This document shows positions 12,010-26,482 of a stretch of 64,000 bases of DNA, piece by piece. This stretch comes from Eledone cirrhosa (Eukaryota). The notes below the pieces were generated by a model. The model was given only the letters and a program-made list of their open reading frames with translations. It had not been told where the DNA came from and did no database searches. Both the position numbers and the translations under genes were made by a program. Location: the NCBI GenBank assembly GCA_964016885.1, contig OZ024740.1, positions 126,728,001-126,792,000 of the forward strand. Reading direction: 5' to 3'. Within the stretch, counting starts at the first letter, position 1. Each line of letters opens with the position of its first letter.

Positions 12010-14100
12010 ATAAGTTATTTTGTAGGGAATCAGATTAGGCCAGCATAGGATATGCAGATTTCATGTCAATCGATAACACAGACCACACATTTGTGACCTG
12101 TCTGGTAGGCTTATATAAGTTTCATAGACTGGGATCCGGATACTCAACCTGAACGCCTTCTTTCCCTTCAAGCAAATATTACAAAACCAGATGAGTACAT
12201 TATTTATACAGCGTTGACGGGGGCAACTGTCAACAACAGATGGTGGTTCATCCTTCTGAGGGCAATTAAAGTAGAATTGACAAGGGTCAGTAAAGGAGTA
12301 GCGATTGGGATAATGTGACGAGTAGGAGGAATAGTAAGAAACTAATTTGGAAGCTACCAGGGGTAGACGTTCAGCAATGTTTTCTACACCACAAGTAAGA
12401 AGGCTGGATTTTCAGAACAAGAGCGCGTGCTCTTAGACACAAGGAAACCAAAGCCATTCGATTGGCCCGGCTGATAAAGGCCTAGAGAGGTAACAAAGCA
12501 ACAATACTTTAGTGAACCATAACGAGTGCATGTTACTAGTCCCAAACAGTTGTGTGCGAATTTTCGCCCAACTATTTAGGAAGAGTGGCAGGCTTGACTG
12601 GAGGTTTGATTTATGTGCCTATCTCAACGACCAGTGGAGTATCTCGGAAAGGGAGGCTCATTCAAATGACGATAAGCGCCGATGAAATATAGGAGGCGAT
12701 GGCTAGCAGCAGAGAGCTTGTATGGTCTGCGCTACGAGCTTCAAGAAATCAAACCACACATTCTTGTCATAATCTTAGCGGATGTCTATACAGCAGAACA
12801 ACCAGCAGCAGAACATGAGAAATCCCAGCGGTTGGGATTCTGAGAAAGGACAGGAGAAAAAGGGGTCCGATAGAAAATTTCAGGCTCATAACTTGGCTAA
12901 TCCCACAGCTTAAAATTAGGGCCAAGGTTGGCACTTGTCGTAGATGGTCAGGTATAGAAGGCATAACTAAGCACCATTCCAGACAGATCCATCATTGACG
13001 ACCACCCTATTCAATAGGGTCAATCATCTGTACCTGCAAGCAGTCCACAAGGGTGCAGAATTCGGATCAGTTTTCAGGGGATGAAACACAGAAATGCACA
13101 GCAACACTTGCACTGTCGTCGAAGTGAAGTGTCACCTCTCGGGAATGTTCAGCTTCATGCGCTCGGTCGGTGAAGTTTTTCCTCTCTCGTCTGTGTACTA
13201 TATATTAACTCTCGAGCAACAACGGCAGAAATTGGAGACGTGCGAGATCCGTGTCAGGATATGCCGACGACGTCACCGTTGTGGTGGTGAGCAGCCAAAA
13301 TATTCAGTTGGTCGACATCACATTCAGGCAATATGAAGCGATAGTAGGGCTAAAACGTAATCAGGAAATCTCAGTGGGCCTGTAGGTCGGCAATGGAGAA
13401 ACAAGTTCATGTAATCCAATAGCATATCCGGGCATCTCTGAGAGACTGACCGGTAACATAGCTTGGGGTGTGGTTTTGTCCATAATTCCAAATGGAGAAA
13501 TATAACGTCGATTTATTGACGAGGATGGCCACTCTTGTCCAGAAATAGGCCGAAAGAAAGCTATCACTGTGGGGTCGGGCAAAGGTGGAGAACATGTATA
13601 TCGCGCCCGTCATCGACTTTACTTTCGTCGTGTCCTATTATGGTCCACTTCTGTCTGCACTGAAGAGCTTGCTATATAGTTGTATTGGAAGAGACGTCTG
13701 CCAATGTCCATGCGGTCTATTTGTAGACAACACCTGCTGTTTAGAGGAATAAACACACTCTGCCAGATGTGCAAACATGTGTTGAGGCTATGTCAAATCC
13801 AGCTTTACTTCGACCGTGAAAAGGTGCGGTCACCATTTGATAGGCACCTATTTCAATGGCTCGTTTCCTTACGAGATTCCCATTCAAAGATCAAGCAAAG
13901 ACCGATAATGTGCGCTTGGAAAGTAGATTGTCTTCCATCCCTCACAACCCTCAGTCAATCGGGTAGAACGATCGGTTGAAATTGCACATTGGCGTTTATA
14001 GATATCAGTGGCGTTTAGAAACGATGCCGTTCTTGGGGAGATTGTTGGCTATAAGTGACAACTGGAACTGCCAATCAATTTTGGGTAACACCTAGTTATG
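12010..14100 (+). mobile_element. Decayed Tx1/L1-clade LINE, RT region
   Basis: ENFRLITWL..LKIRAKV at ~12872, SVGEVFPLSSVYYILTLE (QGCPLSP equivalent), YADDVTVVV at 13260; many stops and frameshifts. Confidence 0.7.
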
Positions 14101-14159
14101 TACGTTTAGTTCTGATTTCGGAACTGCACGTACTCGCCTGTAACATTATCCTCCCCTGG

Positions 14160-14372
14160 GTTGGCAATATCGGTGCATTGTCGGACGCCATGTATTCAGC
14201 ATAGAGTTGTCCCCATTACCATCTAATTTCAAATCCCGCTGAGGTTAGGTTTGCCTTTCAACCTTAAGATTACGATAAAATAAAGAACCAGTAACGTGCT
14301 GGGGTCGATTTAATTGACTTTCCCCTCCACCAAAAATTGATGGCTTTCTGCCTATAGTAGAAACAATTATTA
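14160..14372 (+). mobile_element. tRNA-derived SINE (cephalopod-type)
   Basis: TTCAAATCCCGC B-box-like segment, TTTGCCTTTCA..GATAAAATAAAG.ACCAG body, AGTAGAAACAATT tail. Confidence 0.8.
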
Positions 14373-14594
14373 AGATTATTATTATGGCCTTAGTGTCGTG
14401 TATTGGGGAACTAGTTTTAAATTAATAGGTTTTCCGGTAGTCTTTCCTGCTTTTTCCCTTCCCAATGTAAATTGTATAAACATTATTTACCATTTTGTAA
14501 TTATCAATGAAATAAAGTACAAGTGAAGTGCTGGATCAATATAATCATCTTATTCCTCTCGGAAATTGCTGCCTTAAATTGCTGTGATTAAATT

Positions 14595-14776
14595 AGAATT
14601 AATCGGTAGAGGGTTGGACGCCATGCTTTCTAGCATAGATACGTCCCTTTACGGTCTAAGTTCAAATCCCGCCAAGGTTAACTTTGCCTTTCATCCTTAC
14701 GGGGTCGATAAAATAAAGTACCAGTAATGTACTGGATAATTGCTGGCCTTGTGCCTAAAGTAGAAACAATTATTAT
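14595..14776 (+). mobile_element. tRNA-derived SINE, same family
   Basis: GTTCAAATCCCGCC..AACTTTGCCTTTCATCC..GTCGATAAAATAAAGTACCAG. Confidence 0.85.
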
Positions 14777-15944
14777 CCATTTCAACGTGACGGTCTTATG
14801 TTGATTATTGTTGTTTAGGGCAAGGCAACAATAATTAAACTCCATCGGATTTTCTTTTTCTCTTGTATGTCAAATACCTTCTCAAATTGCGAGCTGATCC
14901 TTACATTGCCGTCTTTTAAATAATTTGTGAGCAAATATCACGTTTTTATTTTAGCCTTCTTTTTTTTGTTCTCTAGGCAAACGTTACTACTGTTATGGCT
15001 TCTACATTATATCTATGCAAGTTTCAATTTCCCTTTGCACGTATTTTGTCATACCCTGGTAATTCTACGTCAATTATACAAAAATATTGTTGCTTCTATT
15101 TCAACAATACACTTATGAGATCATATTGGATGTAAAGTCTAAAAATAGATTCTCTTCGACTGACTTTACAATAAGATCAGTCTGGTGTATATACCGCTTT
15201 TCTGTTTAGCTTATTTTACGGCACATCTTCTATGACTCCCTTTGAATTTCTTGTGCTAGTTTACTGCATTCAGAAGGTGGTAATCGTGTAATCTAAAATT
15301 TACACGATGTTGAATCTACAAACTTTTTAATGCTGCGTTTCACATAAGTATTATTTACGGATTGCTCTGTTGATACGCATATCATCACATCCATGACAAT
15401 GATGCTCGCTTATCTACTCCACATTCCTCAAAAGATATAAAGAGACTATCAGGTTAAGCATATACCGTTTGTCATTCACTTTTACCGTTCTTATGATCTT
15501 TATTTTCAATGTGACTAGCTATTTGTTAAATACCATATCGTTTCATTTCCATCTGTCGGTATTCAACTCTGCTTTTATTTTATGTACCAACCAATATTGT
15601 TTATCTCACATTTTATACTGTTTTCGCAGCATATTAAACCTCATCCGCCTTTGCTTCTGTTATAATAAATACAATTAACATCACTTTTTGGATGCAGTTC
15701 AACATTCAGTTTCATTGCCTTCGTCTTTTAGTCTCTGTTCTCTTAACCTCTTCTTTGCACAGTATATTATTACCGAAACAGCCCACATGTTTATTACCAT
15801 GCGATCGTTTTAAAGTCTTGGCGTTATCAAAAAGGATACTACTTAAGGAAAGTGGTGGTGGAAGTGATGGTGGTGGTAGTATTGGTGCTATTGATGATTG
15901 TGATGGTGGTGGATGTGTGTGAGTGTGATTCCGTGCGCATTGAG

Positions 15945-16015
<71 letters not shown>

Positions 16016-16864
16016 AAGTACGTTTTTGCGTGTTGCTATTAACGCATTTTAAGTGACTGTATGTGTTCCCATGTTGCAAAAGATGGTTAACACGCAATCC
16101 TGTACTAGTCAATAGAATTATGACATAGAGTAGTGCTAGCACATTGATTGACAAGAAAACATATCTTCCAATATCTTCCATTAACGAAATATTTATTGTA
16201 AAGTATATTATGATGTTTTGGAACCATGGAATTTCCACAGGCCCAGCTATTTATTATTGCTACTGTTTTGTGGTATTTTTTTTTCGTTCGAAAGTTGAAT
16301 ATATAGTTTAGTACTTTGATCATGAAGTAGTTTTAGAGCTTCTCAATAAGGACAATTTTCAGTATTATATTTTACGCAACTTTGTGATATAGACACATTT
16401 CTGGCATATACACTCTCCTTATTGTTATAAGTAGGTGAGATTCAGAAGAATTGAACATTCCATCATCTTGTGACATGCATTGTCTAAACAATAAAATATT
16501 TTCCAAACACACATTTAATAAGAATGTAAAAGATTATTGAAAATGATGCTGCAACCTTATTATTAATAACTGTTTCTTACATTATTCTAAAACGGAATAA
16601 TGCATATCATAATATTTATAATATATTTTAATAACAAACAAATTAATAAACTAAGTAATATAAACTTGTTGTTTAAACATGTGTTATTTTCTAAATCTCC
16701 GAACATAAGTATAATAAGGCTGAAGTAATGTATCAGGCTTCAATATGATTGTCCAATCCAGTGCGTCCTCACGCATAATTAAGAAACACCACTCTGGTTG
16801 ACCTCTACCGCTTTCAGTTTGCTTTCGCTCTCTGTGCGGATTGGTTTTAAAGTTGAACTATATA

Positions 16865-17195
16865 CGGAGTCGATAGAAGAAAAGTACCAGTAACGGATAG
16901 GGGTCGATTTAATTGACATTCTCCTCCCCCAAATTGATGGTCTTGTTCCTAAAACAGAAACCCTTATTATTAAATGTGTGGTGGATTGGCTCTATCGGTT
17001 TCGCATCGGATAGTATGCTGTGTTGCATAGAGTCACGGCCCTTTACTTCTGAGTTCAAATCCAGACGAGGTTAGCTTTGCCTTTCAAACTTACGGGATTG
17101 ATAAAATAAACCACGAGTAACATACTGGGATCGATATAATCAACTTTCCCTTCTCCCCAGATTGCTGGCATTGTGTGTATAGTAGAAATTAGTAT
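16865..17195 (+). mobile_element. Two adjacent SINE copies (3' fragment followed by a full copy)
   Basis: Same family motifs at 16865-16970 and 16978-17195. Confidence 0.75.
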
Positions 17196-17224
17196 CATCA
17201 TGATAATTATATATATATATATAA

Positions 17225-19050
17225 TTAATGTAAAGGATTAAATGTAAAGGATGCAATGAAGATTATATAGGACAAACTATACTCACACTAAGAAACAGAA
17301 TGACAGTTCATCGCCAACAATTACGAGATCCAACCACGAGACAGATACCACTAAGTGCATATCTAGACATTTGCGCAAGTAATAAGACACCCAAATTCCA
17401 AGTCTTCCCATTTTACCTATTCGCTAACAATACAACAGAACAAATACGAATAAATAAGGAAAATATGTTTATTCAAAAATATAGACCACCATTAAATATG
17501 GTTTAATATACATTATGTCAACACCATAATATGACATACACACGCACACATAATACCTTCTACTTTAGAAAATAAAAACCCGAACTAAATAAACCTTAAC
17601 ATACGTTTGCACTGACAATACAACAGAACAAATACGAATAAGTAAGGAAACTATGTTCATTCAAAAATATTCCTATTAAAGGAATCATTTTCCTACACAC
17701 ACACACACAATATATATATATATATATATATTCTCTTCATCTTAACATGCTAACCATACTCCCACACACATAACACCCATACACACACATAACAACCCCC
17801 ACACCTACAACTCCCTCCCCCATTTCTACTAATAGAACCACTTTCCTAGACACATATATACACACACACAAAATATATATTCTCTCCATCTTAACATACT
17901 CGCACACATACACATAACACCCATATACACACACACACAAGTCCCTCCCCCATTTCTACTAATAGAATCATCTTCCAATACACACACACACATACACACA
18001 CCCACACACACACGCACACACACAAACACACAAATAAACATACATATCTTTACTTCAATAGAAAATCTGAACTCTGACACCTCAGCGAACTAACCATATT
18101 CACTGAACCAGTACAATTCTCCCAATCCCATTTCTCTTGACCACTATCTTTCCCTTGTCATAACATTCTCTATAAAGGCTACAGAATAGATTTCCAAATG
18201 AGGGCGCGAAAATGTAATGAAAACTTGTTCACGTGAAGCCAAATTTCATTTATAACCAATCAAATCACGTTTATTAAAAAAAAGCCTTCGTGAGCCACCT
18301 TTTTTTTAAGTAAAGAAATTCAAACACACACACACACACACAACACACACACACAACACACACAAGCATACAAATAAACATACATATCTTTACATTCTTT
18401 ATTCAATAGAACATCTGAATTCTGACACCCCAGCGAACTAACCATATTCATTGAACCAGAACAATTCTCCTATCCCTTTCTCTTGACCATTATCTTTCAC
18501 TTATAGAATTCTCTAAAAAGGCTACAGAACGGATTTCCAAATAAGGGCACGAAAATTTAATGAAAACTTGTTCACGTGACAGCCATAATTTCATTTAAAA
18601 CCAACCAAAAAAAAGCCTTCGTGAGCCACTTTTTTCAAGTAAAAAGAAATTCAAACACTCATATATGAAAAAAACAACCTGTGACAACCCCCCTCTTATT
18701 TGAAGAACTTTTGTAACGCGAACTGGCGCGAAATTTATTATAATTATTGACAAACCAATCAAATTACTACTCGAAAAACCTGACATTTCGAGCCACTTTT
18801 TCCATATAAAGCAAGTAACATTCAGAGACCAACCAGATGTGAGAAAAACAACAGACCCTCCATCTCAACTCACCTTTTGAAAAGCAGAAGAACTGCGAAA
18901 CCGGTAAAGGAACCAAATAAATATATATATATTTTTTTAAAATAAGACTCCAGTTGCATTTTCGATTTCATCTCTTTTTCTTTATACTTTCACTCGTGTA
19001 GGACACCTCGGTTATTTTTCAATTTGTAAAAAAAACCTCACTTTCTAATA
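17225..19050 (+). mobile_element. 5'-truncated copy of the Neptune-type PLE at 41342-46353 (GIY-YIG C-terminus + 3' pLTR)
   Basis: ORF 17300..17506 nearly identical to the end of 44462..45112; UTR colinear with 45113-46353, with an extra ~350-bp internal duplication; flanked by (TA)n. Confidence 0.93.
18873..18910 (+). ncRNA. Minimal type I hammerhead, U3-A8 variant (family C)
   Basis: CCTT TTGAAAA GCAG aagaa CTGC GAAA CCGGTA AAGG; palindromic stem III ACCGGT. Confidence 0.82.
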
Positions 19051-19554
19051 TATATATATATATATATATAATTATCATGATGGAACCTATAAACTAAGAA
19101 AGGTGAGGTAGTGACATTATAATTAAAAATATAAATCAGTATCAATTAAACCAGCTTTATAACTATATATCACACACGTACACACTCAGATAGGTTGTTT
19201 TGCCAGAAAATTAGTGTATGGATTGAACTCACCCTGGTTCATCAGCGTGAGTGGTAAATGAATACATTCCAAACGATTCTAAGAGAACTTATAATAACTG
19301 CCATACAACACATGGGGGAGAGAAGGAAATGCTTGTATGAGGCAATACATTAGTGGGTTGGGTGGGATGAGTCACTAGAATTGGCAGCCCAAAACCACTC
19401 AAATAAAGGTGCTTAACAGTACAGAGAGAGAGAAGACCGTTGTTAGGAGCAATATGTCAAATTAAAGTAACTTGATAACCATACACTCTCTCTCGTGTGT
19501 TTTCTTCTCTATATTATATAAGATATATTATATATATATATATATATAATATAT

Positions 19555-19734
19555 AATTTGTTCTACTTTTGGCACAAAGCCAGCAATTACCCAGTATATT
19601 ACTGGTACTTTATTTTATCGACCACGTAAGGATGAAAGGCAAAGTTAACCTCAGCAGGATTTGAACTCAGTTCATAAAGGGATGTAACTGTGCTGCAAAG
19701 CATGGCGTCTGACCCTCTACCAATACTCCCAATC

Positions 19735-19740
<6 letters not shown>
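19555..19740 (-). mobile_element. tRNA-derived SINE, same family
   Basis: Reverse complement of family motifs (CTGGTACTTTATTTTATCGAC..GAAAGGCAAAGTT..GATTTGAAC). Confidence 0.82.
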
Positions 19741-20335
<595 letters not shown>

Positions 20336-21577
20336 TTTGTATGTGTTGATTAATGCATTTCTTACATTCATTTGTTTTGTTATTAATATCATTGCCATAC
20401 ATTTAACAAATTATATTTATTTTGATATTCACATTTCATATTTTCATATCCTGCTTCGTAGCTTTTATAGTGTAATAATTGATCGAAATTCTATTGTCTG
20501 ATGTTCCTTCCTATTTGTACTTCACAAATAAAATAGTGTATTCTACGTCTGCATCCTTTGAAGTATTTGACAGCATTTGCTGAATGAAGAGATTCGAAAT
20601 TATCTCAGTTGATTGGGAATCAACATACAGCCGGGAGGTGAATGTTTTTATTATATTATGCAGACGCCGATGCGTTGTATCTAAAGCCACTTCATGTTAT
20701 TCTTGTTGGCTCAGATGTCAAATCATTCAAGATGAGTCAGCCACGAAGTACGTATGTAGGAAAGACGAATAACTAAACAACGTATATAAATATACTGCCG
20801 TATAGATTGCCGCCAATTTGACACAATGGTCCTTACATACTTTCACGAACAAATCTACGAATTCAGATCGTTGGTGCAATAGGTTTAACTGTTAAATACA
20901 TATGCATCACAAAAGCAAATATTTAACAATTGCCAAGATAAAACACTTGTTTTGATCTGTATGTATAATATGTGTTAACATGATCAGAAATCTAAATTTA
21001 AGACGCTCTCCTGAACGAAAATCTACTTCAGAAATTCTATTGCAGAAAAAGATTAATACGAACTCAATACATGTAACATCTTGGATTTTAGAAAATGTAG
21101 GAGAGTTCTAAAGGTAAGTAACCCAGAACGTATCTATACATAGAGAAATCCATTGAAGAGGGAGGTAGCTGTAAAAATCCAAGGTAGGCAACTTATCTCA
21201 CACAGGTAGTCCAAGGCTTATGGTTGAAAATTCGAAGAAAATATATTAAATTAATCTGATCAAGATGATTTTCAGAACAAATATTGCTTCATGACAATAG
21301 TGACTGAAGCAGTCGAAATGGGTAATTAGACAGCATTTCCCCGAAGCCTGTTGCGAGAGCATATTCCAATTGTTCGAGGTACACAGCCAGCAAAATTATC
21401 CCAGTATCCTCCATTTAATGGAGAAGCTGTGTCGTTATTTTTGAGGTTCCTGTCCTCTCCATTTTGCAGTGAACACATGCTGGCGTTAATTCAAATTGAA
21501 AAAAAAAAACATAACATCATAGAAGCACTCTACCTAATCATATATATATATATATATATTTATATATATGTATATAT

Positions 21578-21629
<52 letters not shown>

Positions 21630-22957
21630 TTGCCCCCCCCCCCCATACACATATATATATATATATATATCAATAGAGTTCGGATCTAGTTGTCGAAATG
21701 GCCGTAGCTTAGCTGTCGTTGTCCTGAATCTTTTCATATATATATATATATATGTGTGTGTGTGTATGTGTGTGTGTGAGCGTGTGTGTATGTATGTGTG
21801 TGTGTGCATGTATGCATATTGTGCATGCACTTTCAGGTTTATATTGCCCCATGAATGGGTTAGGTCCAAGCCTCAAGATGTTGTCTCATAATATTTTATG
21901 CGCCATGTGCACAGTTGCGTGTGTGTGTGTGTGTATTTATAGGTATTCATAACGTATGTGTTTTTTTCTGCGATGTATAAGCATGCCTATGTGCGGGTAT
22001 ATGTATATATGTGTGTGCACGCACATATGCATACATGCATGTGCATGCATGTATGGGTGGATGTATTTGTATGTACAGTCTGTGTAAGTTTATGCATATC
22101 TATGTGTAGATCTTTCATTTTTTTCATCTGTGCAGCGTCTTAACTATATATGCTTTTCTGAGTAGATTGTGTGTGTGTGTAGATATGTGTATATTTATCA
22201 AAAATACCTTTGCAATAACTTTTTTGAAAGGCTCTTTCAAGCATTAAAGACGTTCTTTTTATAGGACATGTGTATTTTTTAAGGTATTTTGAGGGTGTGT
22301 TTTTCTGAAACGTTCTGTTAAATGCTTTTTCATTTCTTAAAAATGTATTTTTAAGTATTCGCTGCACATTCAATATTTACCGTGATTGTCGCATATAATA
22401 CAGTTGCGGTTGTGTATGTGATCACTGTGGGTGTATAAGTGCCCATATGTATCACGCCTGCGCGAAACATAGACATGGGTGCGGGCGCCTACAGGTTGGG
22501 CAGGCTGCGACAGATCGCGAGCGGTTCAATCATACAACCCCTTACTTCCTACAGTAGTAATTCCGATTTAAGAAACAACTTTGATTGACAGGTGGCAAAT
22601 GAAAGAAACCAAATATACAACGGCCATGAGTGGCCACAAATACCGATGACGTGTCCAATTCTTGACCATTCATCGAAAGACAACAACAGGAGTTAAGCTA
22701 CCCAGTGAAAGCCACGGTTGTAACTGGACATTTAGAAACTCTACTTCGTAGAAACGAGACGTATCTCAGGATCTTGCGATTTCAGAGTCAGGTTCGATCA
22801 TTGTTGGTCGCCAGAGAAACGATTGTAATATGTCTAATAAATTGTAGTTGTCGCAACACTGATTCTCCGTTTCTTATGTGATATTATACTGTGCTCTGTA
22901 CGAGCATCGAGTGCTGAAACGCCCTACAGCTTACGGACGCTTTAAGCATCCCACACC

Positions 22958-23008
<51 letters not shown>

Positions 23009-23014
<6 letters not shown>

Positions 23015-25001
23015 TTAGAAACACACAGATACATGCGGACACACACATATATACATGAATGCATCCGCACCCAACTGTGAGTTAAGGGTGCCAACTTCAC
23101 CGATGTTGCTCAATGAATGACTAGGACAGACCAATTCAGTTTGAACTAGACTGAACCAGTATCAGAGTTAAAAATACATTATGAAGAGAGAAGATACATT
23201 TAGATATAATTAGTAATAAAATGTATCATACCTAAACTGTTCCTAAATTCCTCGACTACGTAGTTTCGTGGCATAAACAAAAACAATATATCAAAGATAT
23301 AGAGTCCTTGCGAGGTCTGCCGACTTATCAAGAGGATACCTCATTTTACTAGTCTCAAGAACGCGTCTACACGACGTGAGAAAGAATCCCAAAAGGCGGA
23401 AGGGGAGATAGTCACGCGATATAACGGTCGAGAAACAGAGCTGGAAAGCTTCCATTACTCATACTTCTCGCCTTCTTCACTACCTCTTCTGCGGCCTCGA
23501 TATGAATACCCCCTCCGCCTCCGTGGTATTTTCTTCGTGGTTATAAGAGGCTTAGCTCTGTTTCTCGACCGTTATATCGCGTGACTATCTCCCCCTCCGC
23601 CTTTTGGGATTCTTTCTCACGTCGTGTAGACGCGTTCTTGAGACTAGTAAAATGAGGTATCCTCTTGATAAGTCGGCAGACCTCGCAAGGACTCTATATC
23701 TTTGATATATTGTTTTTGTTTATGCCACGAAACTACGTAGTCGAGGAATTTAGAAACAGTTTAGGTATGATACATTTTATTACTAATTATATCTAAATGT
23801 TTCTTCTCTCTTCATAATGTATTTTTAACTCTGATACTGGTTCAGTCTAGTTCAAACTGAATTGGTCTGTCCTAGTCATTCATTGAGCAACATCGGTGAA
23901 GTTGGCACCCTTAACTCACAGTTGGGTGCGGATGCATTCATGTATATATGTGTGTGTCCGCATGTATCTGTGTGTTTCTTAATATATTAATAACTCCCTC
24001 TGGTCGAGCAATCTTTGAAGTGTGGGGACAACTGGAAAGCTTCCATTACTCATACTTCTCGCCTTCTTCACTACCTCTTCTGCGGCCTCGATATGAATAC
24101 CCCCTCCGCCTCCGTGGTATTTTCTTCGTGGTTATAAGAGGCTTAGCTCTGTTTCTCGACCGTTATATCGCGTGACTATCTCCCCCTCCGCCTTTTGGGA
24201 TTCTTTCTCACGTCGTGTAGACGCGTTCTTGAGACTAGTAAAATGAGGTATCCTCTTGATAAGTCGGCAGACCTCGCAAGGACTCTATATCTTTGATATA
24301 TTGTTTTTGTTTATGCCACGAAACTACGTAGTCGAGGATTTTAGGAACAGTTTAGGTATGATACATTTTATTACTAATTATATCTAAATGTTTCTTCTCT
24401 CTTCATAATGTATTTTTAACTCTGATACTGGTTCAGTCTAGTTCAAACTGAATTGGTCTGTCCTAGTCATTCATTGAGCAACATCGGTGAAGTTGGCACC
24501 CTTAACTCACAGTTGGGTGCGGATGCATTCATGTATATATGTGTGTGTCCGCATGTATCTGTGTGTTTCTAAATATATTAATAACTCCCTCTGGTCGAGC
24601 AATCTTTGAAGTGTGGGGACAACTGGAAAGCTTCCATTACTCATACTTCTCGCCTTCTTCACTACCTCTTCTGCGGCCTCGATATGAATACCCCCTCCGC
24701 CTCCGTGGTATTTTCTTCGTGGTTATAAGAGGCTTAGCTCTGTTTCTCGACCGTTATATCGCGTGACTATCACCCCCTCCGCCTTTTGGGATTCTTTCTC
24801 ACGTCGTGTAGACGCGTTCTTGAGACTAGTAAAATGAGGTATCCTCTTGATAAGTCGGCAGACCTCGCAAGGACTCTATATCTTTGATATATTGTTTTTG
24901 TTTATGCCACGAAACTACGTAGTCGAGGAATTTAGGAACAGTTTAGGTATGATACATTTTATTACTAATTATATCTAAATGTTTCTTCTCTCTTCATAAT
25001 G
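23009..25001. repeat. 591-bp tandem repeat (2.6 units, 23441-25001) preceded by an inverted partial unit (23009-23442); non-coding, hammerhead in each unit
   Basis: CTGGAAAGCTTCC at 23441, 24032 and 24623; the 5' arm is the reverse complement of ~23554-23987; (TA)n on both sides. Confidence 0.95.
23660..23747 (+). ncRNA. Type I hammerhead, U3-A8 variant (family D); copies at 24251-24338 and 24842-24929 (+) and 23249-23336 (-)
   Basis: TCCTC TTGATAA GT(C)GGCA..TGCCAC GAAA CTACGTAG TC GAGGA; palindromic ACTACGTAGT. Confidence 0.82.
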
Positions 25002-25129
25002 TATATATATATATATATATATATACAAAATTAATTTAATTAAATTAAATTAAGGGAGTTATGTCCGAGACATTCGCCATATCCACCGTAGAATAAGCTC
25101 AAATATGACAATGAATAGATCCGAGCATT

Positions 25130-25816
25130 TTATATCAACTAGAAATTGATTGACAAATACATATACATTTAAAATAAACACATGAAACAATCGCAGGGGA
25201 TAATTTGTAAAGTTTTTAATCACACATAGCTAGGTAGGTAACTAATTAAAGTTTAACTAGAGCTTCAAAAATTACCTTTTTAAAAAATGATTAATCCTCC
25301 CTGTATATATTTCATTAAAGAAATATATTTCACCATTAATGAGTAAAGTCACTGTAGTCAAAATGGATCTTCAGCAAGGTGGGAAGATTCAATTATCTGT
25401 GTTTACACATCAAATGGACACGGCTGCTATTTATTGCTGTCGATCACCCTATTCACGCCACTCGCGTGACGCTAGCATGTTGTTAGTTGTTTTAGAATTG
25501 CAACACTTGCGATGGGTCACTCGCTGATTTGCATTTGATGTGTAAACACAGATAGTTAAATCCCCTCCCCCTTTTCTGAAGATCCAAGTGTTGACTACTG
25601 TGACTTTACGGATTGATGGTGAAATATATTTCTTTAATGAAATATATAAAAGGAGGATTAATCCTTTTTTTTTAAAGGTAATATTTGAAAGTTCTCGGTA
25701 AACTTTAAATAGTTACCTACCTAGCTATGTGTGATTACACACTTTACAAATTATCCCCCGTGTTTGTTTAATGTGTTTATTTTAAATATATATATATATG
25801 TCAATCTATTTCTAGT

Positions 25817-25825
<9 letters not shown>
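25130..25825. repeat. Diverged inverted repeat (~285-bp arms, ~115-bp spacer), fold-back or MITE-like
   Basis: ATCAACTAGAAATTGATTGAC.. at 25134 vs ..GTCAATCTATTTCTAGTTGAT at 25800-25820; arms align through TCTGTGTTTACACATCAAATG. Confidence 0.85.
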
Positions 25826-25861
<36 letters not shown>

Positions 25862-26290
25862 AATACATGTATACGCGCAGCATGAGAAACATTTGTTTCA
25901 TAAGTTAACTACAGAATTCAGATTATAGAGTCGGATATAGGAAGAATTTTGTGCTAAACGTATAGGTTGTTTAGGTTAATTCCTAAAACAGGTGAATTTT
26001 AACTCTAACCTCGGAAGAAGTATTGAGTAACATAAACAAAATGATAGGGCTAAAGATTTATCCCAGGCTGGAAGATATTAATGCATGGTAATGGATTAAG
26101 ATTTCTAATTTGCATATTGCTTTTAATTTTTCACAAGGGTTCAGATATAAGTATGTGACTCTTATTAAGTCACTTATTAATTTGGTTAGTTAGAAAGTAA
26201 CTTAATTCGATTAGTTTGAGAATCCATATTATTATTGAAATGAGGATGCATGTATGGAATCAGCTTTATAAGGAACACATTATTTCAAAT

Positions 26291-26482
26291 TGGCGGTGAA
26301 TTGGCAGTGTCGGTAGAGGGTTGGACGCCATGCTTTCTAGCATAGTTACGTCCCGTTACAGTCTGAGTTCAAATACCGCCGTGGTTAACTTTGCCTTTCA
26401 TCCTTACGGAGTCGATAAAATAAAGTACCAGTAATGTACTGGGCAATTGCTGGCCTTGTATCTAAAGTAGAAACAACTATTT
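26291..26482 (+). mobile_element. tRNA-derived SINE, full length
   Basis: GGCGGTGAATTGGCAG head, GAGTTCAAATACCGCC, family body and tail. Confidence 0.85.

Noticed and set aside
15380-16870. Possible host gene exons
   Set aside because: No convincing reading frame, domain or splice pattern by eye; needs RNA-seq
21675-21730. Family A-like GTCGAAATGGC..AGCTGTC fragment (also ~31438)
   Set aside because: Too degenerate and lacks the 5' core; not counted as a ribozyme
22380-22960. GC-richer segment with hairpin-GAAA pieces (e.g. AGCA tcgag TGCT GAAA at ~22902)
   Set aside because: Could not assemble a full hammerhead core with stems I and III
23948-24766. Two identical 75-aa ORFs
   Set aside because: By-product of the 591-bp tandem repeat; no protein-like motifs
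23441-25001. CRISPR-like array
   Set aside because: Whole-unit tandem duplication without unique spacers; eukaryotic context, no cas genes
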